The notes beneath the pieces were generated by a model. It ran no database searches, was not told the origin of the DNA, and was given only the letters and a program-made list of their open reading frames with translations. DNA of 64,000 nucleotides, taken from positions 18,761 to 82,760 of the forward strand of contig JAKUUI010000002.1 in the NCBI GenBank assembly GCA_022448485.1, read 5' to 3'. Every line of letters begins with the position of its first letter. Position 1 is the stretch's first letter. This document shows positions 45,026-55,098 of the stretch, one piece after another. The position numbers were made by a program, and so were the translations under genes. Origin of the DNA: SAR324 cluster bacterium. Lineage in GTDB: Bacteria > SAR324 > NAC60-12.

Positions 45026-46495
45026 ATGATTGATTTGAAAATTAATGAAGTAACAATGCAGCAAAACGCAAAACACTGTAAGGAACGGAATATCAAACTT
45101 CCTACTTTCGGACAGATGCAGAATCCGGAAACGATTTCTGGTGAAATCAAAGATGGACTGAAAAACATCGGTTTGTGGGAAACTCATCCCAGTAATTTGT
45201 TTCGTATTACCTGGAAAAATGAACCTGTATCTGAAGGTGGAGGTTTCGGTGAAGTGAATTATGTTGTAATTCCTCCAGAGCTTTCTGGAGTCAAGGCGAA
45301 AATTATCGCATTGGTCGGCAAGTGGTTTCCAACCGGAGCACACAAAGTGGGAGCAACGTATGGATGTTTGGCACCTGCTTTGACAACAGGTAAATTCAGT
45401 CCTGCAGAAACTAAAGCTGTATGGCCCTCCACTGGGAATTACTGCAGAGGTGGTGCTTATGTCTCTTCGCTGCTGGGCTGCGATTCGATTGCGATTTTAC
45501 CGGAAAACATGTCACGCGAACGTTTTGACTGGCTGGAGAAAGTGGCTGGAGAAGTGATTACGACACCGGGTTGTGAAAGTAATGTGAAGGAAATTTTTGA
45601 CAAATGCTGGGAACTGAAAAGCACGCGAAACGACATCCAGATTTTTAATCAATTCGAAGAATTTGGTAATCCGCTTTGGCATTATATGGTAACAGGCACA
45701 GCGGCAGAAGAAGCTCTGAAGCAGGAAATGGGGCCAAATTGTAAAGTAGCCGGCGCAATTTCCTCTTCAGGTTCAGCAGGATCAATGGCCTTTGGATATT
45801 ATTTGAAAGATAGATTTCCGGGATCAAAATTGGCTGTTGCGGAAGCTCTGCAATGTCCGACTTTGCTGAACAACGGCTTTGGCGATCATCGTATCGAAGG
45901 AATCGGAGATAAGCATGTGCCGTGGATTCATGATTGCAAAAACACAGACGTGGTGATTGGAGTTGATGATGAGGCTGCGGTCCGGTTGCTTAGACTTTTC
46001 AATGAAGCATCCGGGAGGGACTGTTTGGCACATTATGGAGTTGATTCTGATTTTGTGAATCAACTGGACTTGTTGGGGATTTCTGGAATTGGAAATGTGA
46101 TTGCAGCAATTAAATTTGCAAAATATTATGAGTTGACGGAAGATGATTATGTGGTAACAATTCTCACTGACTCCATGGAACTCTATGGTTCACGTGTTGA
46201 AGAATTGGCTGCGGATCGAGGTGAATACACCAACATTGATGCACACAAAGATGTTCAACTGCTGATGGACTCTGGAATTGAAAATATGCTCGAATTAACG
46301 CATTATGAAAAGAAAAGGGTTCATAACCTCAAATATTTCACCTGGATTGAGCAGCAAGGGCGTGAATTGGATGAGTTGAATGAACAATGGTATGACCATG
46401 ATGCATATTGGAATAATATCTTTTCCCTTGCACCACAAATTGATGAATTGATTGTGGAGTTTAACCTGCAAATTGATGCTGCAGAATTTTTCTAG
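45026..46495 (+). CDS. Fold-type-II PLP-dependent enzyme (cysteine-synthase-like superfamily), function unknown
   Basis: About 490 aa from ATG 45026. WFPTGAHKVGATYG is the candidate PLP lysine, followed by WPSTGNYCRGGA. The ORF-track TTG at 44939 lies inside thrC. Confidence 0.55.
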   Translation: MIDLKINEVTMQQNAKHCKERNIKLPTFGQMQNPETISGEIKDGLKNIGLWETHPSNLFRITWKNEPVSEGGGFGEVNYVVIPPELSGVKAKIIALVGKWFPTGAHKVGATYGCLAPALTTGKFSPAETKAVWPSTGNYCRGGAYVSSLLGCDSIAILPENMSRERFDWLEKVAGEVITTPGCESNVKEIFDKCWELKSTRNDIQIFNQFEEFGNPLWHYMVTGTAAEEALKQEMGPNCKVAGAISSSGSAGSMAFGYYLKDRFPGSKLAVAEALQCPTLLNNGFGDHRIEGIGDKHVPWIHDCKNTDVVIGVDDEAAVRLLRLFNEASGRDCLAHYGVDSDFVNQLDLLGISGIGNVIAAIKFAKYYELTEDDYVVTILTDSMELYGSRVEELAADRGEYTNIDAHKDVQLLMDSGIENMLELTHYEKKRVHNLKYFTWIEQQGRELDELNEQWYDHDAYWNNIFSLAPQIDELIVEFNLQIDAAEFF

Positions 46496-46546
46496 GCTTC
46501 AGTTGTTTATCAGTAAGATTATTATGATTCTTTAAATTTAGTTAAG

Positions 46547-47716
46547 TCAAATCGATGTAGCAGTCTCATCAAAAAGTTCCCTTCCTATTAGCATCCTACG
46601 AATTTCATTGGTTCCCGCCCCAATGTCATAGAGTTTTGCGTCACGCAAGAGGCGTCCGGTTGGATAATCATTAATGTAGCCGTTTCCGCCCAAAGCCTGA
46701 ATCGCTTCCAATGATACCCTGACTGCATTTTCTGAAGCCAACATTATACAAGACGCAGTGTCTCGGCGTGAAACTTGATTTTTGTCACAATTATCTGCAA
46801 CTCGGTAGCAAAAAGCGCGTGAAGATTGAAGTGCTGTGTACATGTCTGCGATTTTTCCCTGCATCAATTCAAACATTCCTATCGGACGGTCAAATTGTTC
46901 ACGTTCATGAACATATGGTAAAGTCACATCGAGGGCAGCCTGCATGATGCCGAGTGGTCCACCGGAAAGAACAACTCGCTCCAAATTCAGTCCGCTCATC
47001 AACACTTTTACACCGTGATTGACTTCACAAAGCATGTTTTCAGCTGGGATTTCACAATCTTTAAAAACAAGCTCACATGTATTGGAACCACGCATGCCGA
47101 GTTTGTCCAATTTTTGAGCCGTCGAAAATCCCTTCATTCCTTTTACAACCAGGAATGCCGTCATGGCTTTTGATCCCAGATCTTTAGGGGCAGTACGCAT
47201 GTATACGATCAACACATCAGCATCAGGACCATTTGTGATCCACATTTTCGAACCATTTGCAATCCAGTGGTCTCCTTTCTTTTCTGCGTGACAGGCCATT
47301 GAGCCTACCACATCCGACCCTGCTCCGGGTTCAGACATGGCCAATGCACCTATATGCTCCCCCGAGCAAAGTTTGGGAAGGTATTTTTGTTTTTGCTCTT
47401 GGCTGCCATGGAGCTTGAGCTGATTGAGGCACAAATTAGAATGAGCTCCATAGGACAATCCTAAGGAAGCCGAGGCTCTTGAAATTTCCTCAACTGCTAC
47501 TAAGTGAGCTAAATAAGACATCCCGGAACCTCCGTATTCTTCCGGAACTGTCATCCCCAATAATCCCAAATCTCCGAGCTCTCTCCACAAATGCTGTGGG
47601 AATTCGTTACTGCGGTCTATGTCATCAGCAATCGGTGCAATGCATTTTTCGGCAAACTGCCGGACCGATTCCCTCAACAGATCTACTTCTTCATTGAGTT
47701 TGATGTCCCAGTTCAT
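46547..47716 (-). CDS. ivd: Isovaleryl-CoA dehydrogenase
   Basis: 389 aa of the acyl-CoA dehydrogenase family. [18 protein letters not shown] and [20 protein letters not shown] match IVD-type enzymes. Confidence 0.8.
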   Translation of the reverse strand: MNWDIKLNEEVDLLRESVRQFAEKCIAPIADDIDRSNEFPQHLWRELGDLGLLGMTVPEEYGGSGMSYLAHLVAVEEISRASASLGLSYGAHSNLCLNQLKLHGSQEQKQKYLPKLCSGEHIGALAMSEPGAGSDVVGSMACHAEKKGDHWIANGSKMWITNGPDADVLIVYMRTAPKDLGSKAMTAFLVVKGMKGFSTAQKLDKLGMRGSNTCELVFKDCEIPAENMLCEVNHGVKVLMSGLNLERVVLSGGPLGIMQAALDVTLPYVHEREQFDRPIGMFELMQGKIADMYTALQSSRAFCYRVADNCDKNQVSRRDTASCIMLASENAVRVSLEAIQALGGNGYINDYPTGRLLRDAKLYDIGAGTNEIRRMLIGRELFDETATSI

Positions 47717-47718
47717 TG

Positions 47719-48102
47719 TTATTTATCCTTTATTTTAATCGTCAATTCCTGGAAAAAGCAGGTCGGCCTACCAGTATGACAAGCAACCCCAGATTGATGG
47801 ACTCTGTAAAGCAGGGTATCTTGATCACAATCCACCAGTACCTCCACAATTTTCTGCAAGTGACCTGAACTTTCTCCTTTTTTCCAGAGAGCACCACGAG
47901 AACGTGACCAATAGTGTGCAAATCCTGATTCCTGAGTTTTTTGCACGGCCTCCTGATTGGCGTAAGCCATCATCAGAACTGCTCCGGTACTTACGTCTTG
48001 CGCAACCACAGGAAGCAGGCCGCCTTGTTTTTCAAAATCCAAATCTGCAACTGAGAGTTTGATTTTTGCTGTAGTTGTTTTTTCTGACATTGTTTTTGAC
48101 AT
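47719..48102 (-). CDS. hisI: Phosphoribosyl-AMP cyclohydrolase
   Basis: 127 aa with [17 protein letters not shown] and DQDTLLYRV...[13 protein letters not shown]. Confidence 0.9.
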   Translation of the reverse strand: MSKTMSEKTTTAKIKLSVADLDFEKQGGLLPVVAQDVSTGAVLMMAYANQEAVQKTQESGFAHYWSRSRGALWKKGESSGHLQKIVEVLVDCDQDTLLYRVHQSGVACHTGRPTCFFQELTIKIKDK

Positions 48103-48111
48103 ATGCCCTCC

Positions 48112-49608
48112 TCACGCTTTAGGACGCATGGTTGGAAAAAAAATGACGTCTCGAATAGTCGATTGTCCAGTTAACAGCATCACTATCCGGTCGATTCCAA
48201 TACCAACTCCTCCCATCGGCGGCATTCCGTATTCCATCGCCCGTAAAAAATCTTCGTCCAATGGATGTGTTTCTTTTTCTCCACCGCGTCCACGCTCGAC
48301 TTGTTCCTCCATCAATCGCCGCTGAATCACAGGATCGTTGAGTTCCGAATAAGCATTAGCAATTTCCCAGCCGTTGATGAAGACTTCAAATCGCTCAAGT
48401 AATTCTGGATTTTCACGATTTTGTTTGCATAACGGGCTGGTTTCCTTTGGATGATCGGTGATAAAAGTCGGCTGAATAAGCTGAGTTTCACAGGTTTCTT
48501 CAAACACAAGCTGGGTTGCCAATCCCCGATTATAATCACCATTAAGTTCCCATCCGTTTTCTTTAAGTAAAATTTGCACTTCTGCGTCACTCATTTTTGC
48601 GAACGAAATACCACCCAATCTTTTAATTGCTTCCAGCATACTTAAACGCGGCCACGGCACTTTTACATCTATAGTTTGTCCATCATATTGAAATTCTGTA
48701 CTGCCGTTGACTGCAAGCGCGCAGCACTCGCAGATATTTTCTGTGTGGCGCATTATTTCATTGTAATCGACATAGGCCTGATAAAATTCTAGTGCCGAAA
48801 ATTCCGGGTTATGGGTCCGGTCTATCCCCTCGTTCCGGAAATCTTTGACAAATTCAAAAACTGCGTCAAACCCTCCGGCAATGAGTCTTTTCAAATATAA
48901 CTCATTGGAAATCCGCAAATAAAAATTTTGATCCAGTGCCTTGTGATGAGTAACGAAAGGGGTAGCATTTGCCCCTCCGTAAACTGATTGAAGTATTGGA
49001 GTTTCTACTTCCAAAAAACCTTCTTCCCGCAAATAGTCACGAATAGTCTGGAATATTAAGGCGCGCTTTTGGAAAACTTCTGATACTTGTGGATTTAAAA
49101 TTAAATCTACATAGCGCTGTCGATAGCGAAATTCTATGTCTGTAACTTCATCGTGTACAATACGTTCTCCATCCTTTTCCTCTACCTTCGGCATTGGTAT
49201 AGGGCGAATCGATTTAGAGAGCAATGAAACAGAGCTTGCCCTTAAAGTAAGCTCTCCGGTTTTGGTGTGTATCAATGTTCCGGAAACACCGAGATGATCG
49301 CCGATGTCACATAGCTTAAACATTTCGAAAGCAGAATCTCCGACTGCATCAAGCCGCACATATATTTGGATGCGTTTGTGCTGAGCTTGAATGTTACCAA
49401 AACTGACTTTGCCCTTGCCTCGCACTGCGAGCAAGCGTCCGGCAATAGTTATTTTTTCTTGGTTTTTTAACAACTCTTCTGCTTGTTCAAAAATCTCCGG
49501 AACAGTGTGGCTTCTCTGAAATGAGTAGGGGTAGGGTTCTGTTCCTAGCTCACGAATTTTTTCCAGCTTTCCAAGCCGGATTTGCTGTAGATCCGTTTTT
49601 TTGTCCAT
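48112..49608 (-). CDS. lysS: Lysine--tRNA ligase (class II)
   Basis: 498 aa with an OB anticodon-binding N-terminal domain, FRNEGIDRTHNPEFSALEFYQAY (motif 2 region) and C-terminal GGVGIGIDRIVMLL. Confidence 0.92.
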   Translation of the reverse strand: MDKKTDLQQIRLGKLEKIRELGTEPYPYSFQRSHTVPEIFEQAEELLKNQEKITIAGRLLAVRGKGKVSFGNIQAQHKRIQIYVRLDAVGDSAFEMFKLCDIGDHLGVSGTLIHTKTGELTLRASSVSLLSKSIRPIPMPKVEEKDGERIVHDEVTDIEFRYRQRYVDLILNPQVSEVFQKRALIFQTIRDYLREEGFLEVETPILQSVYGGANATPFVTHHKALDQNFYLRISNELYLKRLIAGGFDAVFEFVKDFRNEGIDRTHNPEFSALEFYQAYVDYNEIMRHTENICECCALAVNGSTEFQYDGQTIDVKVPWPRLSMLEAIKRLGGISFAKMSDAEVQILLKENGWELNGDYNRGLATQLVFEETCETQLIQPTFITDHPKETSPLCKQNRENPELLERFEVFINGWEIANAYSELNDPVIQRRLMEEQVERGRGGEKETHPLDEDFLRAMEYGMPPMGGVGIGIDRIVMLLTGQSTIRDVIFFPTMRPKA

Positions 49609-49809
49609 GTAATAAAATTATTCTGAGTCTAAAAAAGATGAACTCGTAAAAAGTCAAAATGCCACACTTGTTTGTCCTTCCCGTTTTTTCAGGAAGCAAA
49701 ACTTAACGAGTTTTTCATAATAATGATAATATTTTCAATTAATAAAGAAAGATAGCAACATGCTCAAAGCAAACTTGCTCTATACTTTGAATTCCGGAAA
49801 AGTAAAAAA

Positions 49810-49836
49810 TTAGCACTACTCGCCACTGAGTGCTAT
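49810..49836 (+). promoter_or_regulatory. CIRCE element (HrcA operator) upstream of groES
   Basis: Read directly: TTAGCACTA-CTCGCCACT-GAGTGCTAT, compared with the consensus TTAGCACTC-N9-GAGTGCTAA. It lies 147 nt upstream of the groES ATG. Confidence 0.8.
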
Positions 49837-49843
49837 TTTTTTC

Positions 49844-49872
49844 TTGCATTTGCTTATTTATTAAGCTATACT
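49844..49872 (+). promoter_or_regulatory. Candidate sigma-70 promoter TTGCAT-17 nt-TATACT for groESL
   Basis: Read directly: TTGCAT at 49844..49849 and TATACT at 49867..49872. The placement immediately downstream of CIRCE is unusual, so the assignment is tentative. Confidence 0.35.
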
Positions 49873-49982
49873 TCAATAATCGAATCAATATTGGATTTCT
49901 GATTCACTTAAACTGCTTAGCATACGCTTATTGTTGTTGAAGCTCAATTTATTTAATTAATTATAATCCTAAAAGGAGAACT

Positions 49983-50267
49983 ATGATTCGTCCCTTACAG
50001 GACCGCGTGCTTGTTAAGCGCGTCGAAGCCGAAGAAAAGACAGCTTCCGGCATCATTATTCCGGATACAGCTAAAGAAAAGCCTCAAGAAGGTGAAGTGG
50101 TCGCAGTTGGCCCAGGTAAACGCCTTGACAATGGTTCCATTCAAGAGATGGGAGTAAAAAAAGGTGATAAAATTTTGTTCAGTAAGTATGGAGGCACCGA
50201 GGTAAAAGTCGATGGCGAAGATTATATAATCATGCGTGAGGACGACATCCTTGGCGTTTTGGCTTAA
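49983..50267 (+). CDS. groES: Co-chaperonin GroES
   Basis: 94 aa starting [13 protein letters not shown], with a strong AAAGGAG Shine-Dalgarno. Confidence 0.97.
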   Translation: MIRPLQDRVLVKRVEAEEKTASGIIIPDTAKEKPQEGEVVAVGPGKRLDNGSIQEMGVKKGDKILFSKYGGTEVKVDGEDYIIMREDDILGVLA

Positions 50268-50313
50268 TTACAGATACTGAAAAACACTTAACACATAAAC
50301 ATAGAGAAAAAGT

Positions 50314-51981
50314 ATGGCAAAACAAGTTATTTTTGCAGCAGAAAACCGCGAAAAACTGCTTAAAGGCGTAAATGCCTTATCAAGTGCAGTCAAAGTGACA
50401 TTAGGACCGAAAGGTCGGAATGTTTTAATAGATAAATCTTTTGGTGCTCCACTGGTTACTAAAGACGGTGTGACCGTTGCGAAGGAAATAGAATTGGAAG
50501 ATAAGCTGGAGAATATGGGTGCGCAGATGGTTAAAGAAGTTGCGTCAAAAACTTCTGATGTTGCTGGTGATGGAACAACCACAGCAACTGTGTTAGCACA
50601 AGCAATTGTGACAGAAGGTCATCGCAACCTGGCTGCAGGAGCTAACCCAATGGATCTCAAGCGTGGAATTGAACAAGCTGTTGCGGCTGCAATTGGGAAG
50701 TTACACAGCATTTCCAAGTCAGTCTCAGAATCCAAAGAAATCGCTCAAGTAGGCACAGTTTCAGCAAACAATGACTCCACAATTGGTGACATTATTGCTG
50801 AATCCATGGAAAAAGTAGGTAAGGACGGTGTGATCACCATTGAAGAAGCAAAGACTGCTGAAACCAGTTTGGAAGTTGTAGAGGGAATGCAGTTTGATCG
50901 CGGCTATCTTTCTCCATACTTTGTCACTGATTCCGAGCGGATGGAAGTGGTCATGGAAGATCCGTACATCATCTTGGTGGAAAAAAAGGTCAGCAACATG
51001 AAGGACATTCTTCCTGCAATTGAGCAAATAGCCAAGACAGGCAACCCCTTCCTGATCGTAGCAGAAGATGTTGAAGGAGAGGCTTTGGCAACCCTTGTTG
51101 TCAACAAACTTCGTGGTACTTTGAAGTGTGTGGCTGTTAAAGCTCCGGGCTTCGGTGATCGTCGAAAAGCCATGTTGGAAGATCTTGCCATCCTCACTGG
51201 AGGAACAGTAGTTTCAGAAGATATGGGTATGAAACTCGAAGACCTGACTCTGGCCAAACTTGGGCAAGCAAAGACTGTGGTTGTGGATAAAGACAATGCA
51301 ACGGTTATTGACGGTGGAGGCGATTCTGCAAGTATCAAATCCCGCATAAGTCAAATTCGAGCTCAGATCGAAGACACATCTTCTGACTATGACCGTGAAA
51401 AGCTGCAGGAGCGATTAGCCAAATTAGCTGGCGGTGTAGCTGTAATTAACGTCGGAGCTGCAACTGAAATCGAGATGAAAGAGAAAAAGGCTCGAGTAGA
51501 GGATGCCCTGCACGCAACTCGCGCTGCTGTTGAAGAAGGTATCGTTCCAGGAGGTGGAGTCGCTCTGTTGCGTGCCCTAGATACTGTTGAAAAGACTATA
51601 AAAGGCATAAAACAAGCCGACCAAAAAGTTGGTGCTGAGATTGTTCTTAAGGCTCTTGAAGCTCCTATGCGTCAGATTGTGGCTAATGCCGGACTCGAGG
51701 GTGCATTGATTGTTGATAAAGTAAAAGCAAGCAGCACAAACGAAGGTTTTGATGCAGAAAATGAAACTTATGTTGACATGATTTCAACTGGAATCATTGA
51801 CCCGACTAAAGTCGTTCGATCTGCTCTGGAGAATGCGGCATCTGTAGCTGGATTGCTGTTGACTACCGAGGCAGGCGTTCATGAAGCTCCGGAGGAAAAA
51901 GCAGCAGCTGGTGGAATGCCAGGTGGTGCACCTGACATGGGTGGAATGGGCGGAATGGGAGGCATGGGCGGAATGATGTAA
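50314..51981 (+). CDS. groEL: Chaperonin GroEL
   Basis: 555 aa with [12 protein letters not shown] and a C-terminal [13 protein letters not shown] tail. Confidence 0.98.
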   Translation: MAKQVIFAAENREKLLKGVNALSSAVKVTLGPKGRNVLIDKSFGAPLVTKDGVTVAKEIELEDKLENMGAQMVKEVASKTSDVAGDGTTTATVLAQAIVTEGHRNLAAGANPMDLKRGIEQAVAAAIGKLHSISKSVSESKEIAQVGTVSANNDSTIGDIIAESMEKVGKDGVITIEEAKTAETSLEVVEGMQFDRGYLSPYFVTDSERMEVVMEDPYIILVEKKVSNMKDILPAIEQIAKTGNPFLIVAEDVEGEALATLVVNKLRGTLKCVAVKAPGFGDRRKAMLEDLAILTGGTVVSEDMGMKLEDLTLAKLGQAKTVVVDKDNATVIDGGGDSASIKSRISQIRAQIEDTSSDYDREKLQERLAKLAGGVAVINVGAATEIEMKEKKARVEDALHATRAAVEEGIVPGGGVALLRALDTVEKTIKGIKQADQKVGAEIVLKALEAPMRQIVANAGLEGALIVDKVKASSTNEGFDAENETYVDMISTGIIDPTKVVRSALENAASVAGLLLTTEAGVHEAPEEKAAAGGMPGGAPDMGGMGGMGGMGGMM

Positions 51982-52012
51982 TTCTAGCTCAGATTCCTAT
52001 CTGATTAAAAAA

Positions 52013-52053
52013 GGCGAGTTGACTCTGAGAGTTGGCTCGCCTTTTTGTTTTTT
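52013..52053. terminator. Bidirectional rho-independent terminator shared by groEL (+) and dksA (-)
   Basis: Read directly: a 13-bp stem GGCGAGTTGACTC / GAGTTGGCTCGCC (with G-U pairs), loop TGA. It is followed by TTTTTGTTTTTT and preceded by AAAAAA, which gives a U-tract on the other strand. Confidence 0.8.
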
Positions 52054-52107
52054 GAGTTATTTTCTTGTGAGAAAGGAGAATGTAACTTTGAAGTGATTTG
52101 GTCGGAA

Positions 52108-52464
52108 TCAGTTTTTATTTTCTACTGCTTCAAGAGATTCTTTGCATACAATACAATAGGTAGTTACAGGTCGAATGAGCAATCGCTGTTCATCAATTTC
52201 CTCACCGCATTCTTCGCAGTAACCAAATGTTTTATTTTCTACACGTTCCAAGGCCTCTTCAACCTTACCAAGAAGTTTACGTTCACGATCACGAATACGT
52301 AAATTATTGATGTGTTCGGTTTCCAGCGAGGCTCGGTCATTGGGGTCAGGATAGAGCGTACTCTCTTCCTGCATTCCATGTATTGTTTCTTCAGATTCAC
52401 CAAGTATTTCCGCTTGCAATTCTTCCAAACGAACCTTGATTTTTTCCAGCTTTGCTTCCTGCAT
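52108..52464 (-). CDS. dksA: DksA/TraR-family RNA polymerase-binding zinc-finger protein
   Basis: 118 aa with a coiled-coil N-terminal part and a C4 finger CEECGEEI...CIVC. Confidence 0.85.
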   Translation of the reverse strand: MQEAKLEKIKVRLEELQAEILGESEETIHGMQEESTLYPDPNDRASLETEHINNLRIRDRERKLLGKVEEALERVENKTFGYCEECGEEIDEQRLLIRPVTTYCIVCKESLEAVENKN

Positions 52465-52579
52465 TCCAATTATCTCCAGAAAGAATGCGTTAATATATAA
52501 ATGTTAAATATGCACCAAGTTTACATCAATTTTTCAGATCAGAAAAGTTTTTTCTTGAATAATTTTCAGTTCGTCAATT

Positions 52580-53146
52580 TCAAAATGTGGTAAAGAGGCG
52601 ATCATATATTTTTTTTGCAATTTGTTTGATTAATTCACGTATGCTTCCAGAGAGTGAAAAACTGGAAACAGTGTCCGTTTCATTTCTTCCGGATTCAGTA
52701 AGTTTAAACTGGAGCATTTCTTCCTCCCAGACCTTGCTACCACTGCGCATGTCTTCCAATATTACCTGACATTGTATAATCACCTTCACTCCTGTTGAAA
52801 TCTGGTCTTTGCTTAACCCTGAAGAGGTTGTTTTCAAGTTGAGCAAAGTAATGCTCATCCTGAGGTCGGCTTGTCCTGAGGGCATTATTTTCACGGAACT
52901 GTTTGAGCGCAGCAAGCGATTGAGCTGCTCGGCCAAATCGGTTTCCAGACCTGCTTTGAAAGTCTGATTTTGGATGGGAAGAAGTGCGAGAGTTCGAGCT
53001 TCATTGGGCAAAACAGGATTGCTTCCTTCAATAACATAGCCACATCCTGAGAGCAGTAGCCCAAAGGCAATTCCTAAAAAATAATGCAAAAATAAAACTT
53101 TCTTTTTTAGTGGAAACTCTGAAGAACAATTCAGTAAGTTTTGCAA
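52580..53146 (-). CDS. Lipoprotein, LptE-like (LPS-assembly)
   Basis: The lipobox LLLSGC is followed by GYVIEGSNPVLP...LALLPIQNQT, which resembles LptE. I prefer TTG 53146, which is preceded by AAGGAG (53151..53156). The ORF track extends to ATG 53251. Confidence 0.4.
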   Translation of the reverse strand: MQNLLNCSSEFPLKKKVLFLHYFLGIAFGLLLSGCGYVIEGSNPVLPNEARTLALLPIQNQTFKAGLETDLAEQLNRLLRSNSSVKIMPSGQADLRMSITLLNLKTTSSGLSKDQISTGVKVIIQCQVILEDMRSGSKVWEEEMLQFKLTESGRNETDTVSSFSLSGSIRELIKQIAKKIYDRLFTTF

Positions 53147-53424
53147 GGTGCTCCTTTGACGAAATGTGTATGGTTTTATTTTGATTTTCGACAAGTTAGA
53201 TGGTCGCGATTTGTGTTTGCAACAAATTTTAAATTTGTTTCGTGTGTGCAAGTATTCGTAGCTTTTGGATGTAATTGCGAGATTTTGTTAAGTTTTTCTA
53301 TCTCTGCCTTGTTGAGTGGCCCTGTCAGTTAAAACAGATTTGAGTTTTTGAGAATAGCCCTTGAATTTATTCGGAAGCAGTACTCATTTGATGATCCAAT
53401 TGAAATGGTATTGATCCAAATTTA

Positions 53425-54612
53425 TTATAGATAAACCAAAACCAGAACGCCTGTGTAAGTGTATAACTGTACTCCTTGCGGCATCTGCGCCAACTCATAA
53501 CTGCCAAAAAAACCAATCAGAGGGAACTGCCCGAGCATTTCCCGGATAATTTGCGTATCCACATTCGGTCGCCCATAAAGCGCTTCGCCACGAGAAGAGC
53601 AGTTAAAGTAAACTCCAAAAGTTGGTATTTTCTCATTTTGGTTTTTCAATCGGGTGAGCATTGCCCGCAAATCATCTTCAGCAGTTTTGTTGCTGCGATA
53701 GGCAAAAGAAACCACGCCGCCTTGGTGAACAATTTGTGATGTGGTGATGCCTTGAGAAGTCACATCAATTCCAGTCACATTTCTGGCCAGGGCCCCTTCT
53801 CCGGTGAAAATAGGTTGTTCCGGATCCAGAGGAAAACTGAGCAATAATTGCTGTGCTGCCACTTCCATATTTGGAAACTCAAACTCCTTTGCGACTTCGG
53901 TAAACACTTCCAGAGCCGGTTTGCCGTCAAGCGAGAGGATGAGATTATCCTTAATTTCGGTGACAAACATAGGTTCATCCAAGGTAGCACAGGACTGAGT
54001 TACTCCTGCACGAAACTCAGGCACTCCGGCTAAAGCCAATCCACCTGCACCATTGAGAGTAACAATATTTGGGCCGAATTGGATGGAAGTTTCCTGGTTG
54101 CCGTCATTACACGACCCTGCCCCAAAAACAGAAGGGTGGTTTTTGAGAAAATTAAACATATTGATAAAATTGTGCGGCTGATGCTGATAAACATCCGGAA
54201 AAAAGAAAAAGAGCAGATTCTCATCACCAAAGCTCTCCAGTGTTTCACGGAGTTGTTGAGTAACTCCTGCGCTGTGCTCCAGTTCCTGGTATTTTGCTAA
54301 AGCAAGCAGATGCAATTCTGGAGTATGCCCAGCCATTAAAACCAATCCCGGACCGCTTGAGATTTCTCTTTCTCCTGAAATAACTCCCACTCCGCTGCAA
54401 CCGGCGATGCACTCGCAGTTTGTTTGCTCCCGGATCAATTCATGTAAACGTCCTGCATGTATAAAATGGTCCGGAGTAAAAAAAACCAACACCCAATTTA
54501 CTTGTGGAAGTTTTGCCTTTTTAACCGCTGAGAGTAATACTTCAGCGATCGCGACATCCGGATCAGTTTCTTTTGATACACCTACGCCAATTCGGTTCAC
54601 AACCACTCGCAA
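53425..54612 (-). CDS. FIST-domain (FIST_N + FIST_C) sensory protein
   Basis: 395 aa. VNWVLVFFTPDH, CIAGCSGVGVI and the C-terminal IGFFGSYELA are typical of FIST proteins as I remember them. Confidence 0.6.
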   Translation of the reverse strand: MRVVVNRIGVGVSKETDPDVAIAEVLLSAVKKAKLPQVNWVLVFFTPDHFIHAGRLHELIREQTNCECIAGCSGVGVISGEREISSGPGLVLMAGHTPELHLLALAKYQELEHSAGVTQQLRETLESFGDENLLFFFFPDVYQHQPHNFINMFNFLKNHPSVFGAGSCNDGNQETSIQFGPNIVTLNGAGGLALAGVPEFRAGVTQSCATLDEPMFVTEIKDNLILSLDGKPALEVFTEVAKEFEFPNMEVAAQQLLLSFPLDPEQPIFTGEGALARNVTGIDVTSQGITTSQIVHQGGVVSFAYRSNKTAEDDLRAMLTRLKNQNEKIPTFGVYFNCSSRGEALYGRPNVDTQIIREMLGQFPLIGFFGSYELAQMPQGVQLYTYTGVLVLVYL

Positions 54613-54631
54613 ATAACAGATTAAAAAAGCG

Positions 54632-54647
54632 TGGCATCCAGATTGCT
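54632..54647 (+). promoter_or_regulatory. Sigma-54-type -24/-12 promoter candidate
   Basis: Read directly: TGGCAT-CCAGA-TTGCT, compared with the consensus TGGCAC-N5-TTGCW. It lies about 125 nt upstream of the small ORF at 54772. A match of this quality is expected by chance about 0.5 times in the window on both strands. Confidence 0.35.
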
Positions 54648-54771
54648 CTTCCAGATATACACAAAGTTTCTTCAGAACGGATTACTAAATTTTTAGAAAT
54701 AAATCTCAGACAAGAGTTTGCCTTAAGCAAAGGAAAACCTCAAGATTCCTCACACAGTGAAATTGATACCC

Positions 54772-55041
54772 ATGTTAAAACAATCTAATTATTTTTTCTC
54801 TCAAAAAATATTAACTTTTCGCAGGTATTTTCTGAAAATAATTTTTGTGGTAGGGACAGCATCTGTGTTGGGCTGTGGCGGAACCGTCTGGAAAAATCAT
54901 GGGGACAGCTGCATTCGCATCTCTGAAAAACCACCATTACGCCGTGTAATTAATTACAGTGATCATGATTTATGCGGACGTAAACTGTCACCTCGTACTG
55001 CACCAAATCCACAGACACGCCCTCAAACTGAGAAAGATTGA
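54772..55041 (+). CDS. Small putative lipoprotein
   Basis: About 89 aa from ATG 54772 (the ORF-track start is GTG 54757). It has a hydrophobic signal and the lipobox-like VLGC. I recognise no homology. Confidence 0.35.
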   Translation: MLKQSNYFFSQKILTFRRYFLKIIFVVGTASVLGCGGTVWKNHGDSCIRISEKPPLRRVINYSDHDLCGRKLSPRTAPNPQTRPQTEKD

Positions 55042-55098
55042 GTACAGATACATGCGGTAAATCTTAATAAGACAATGGCGGTAGGGCTTTTGAGAAGA

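Noticed and set aside
51900-51981. GGM repeat at the 3' end of groEL, which looks like a nucleotide tandem repeat.
   Set aside because: This is the normal C-terminal Gly-Gly-Met tail of GroEL proteins.
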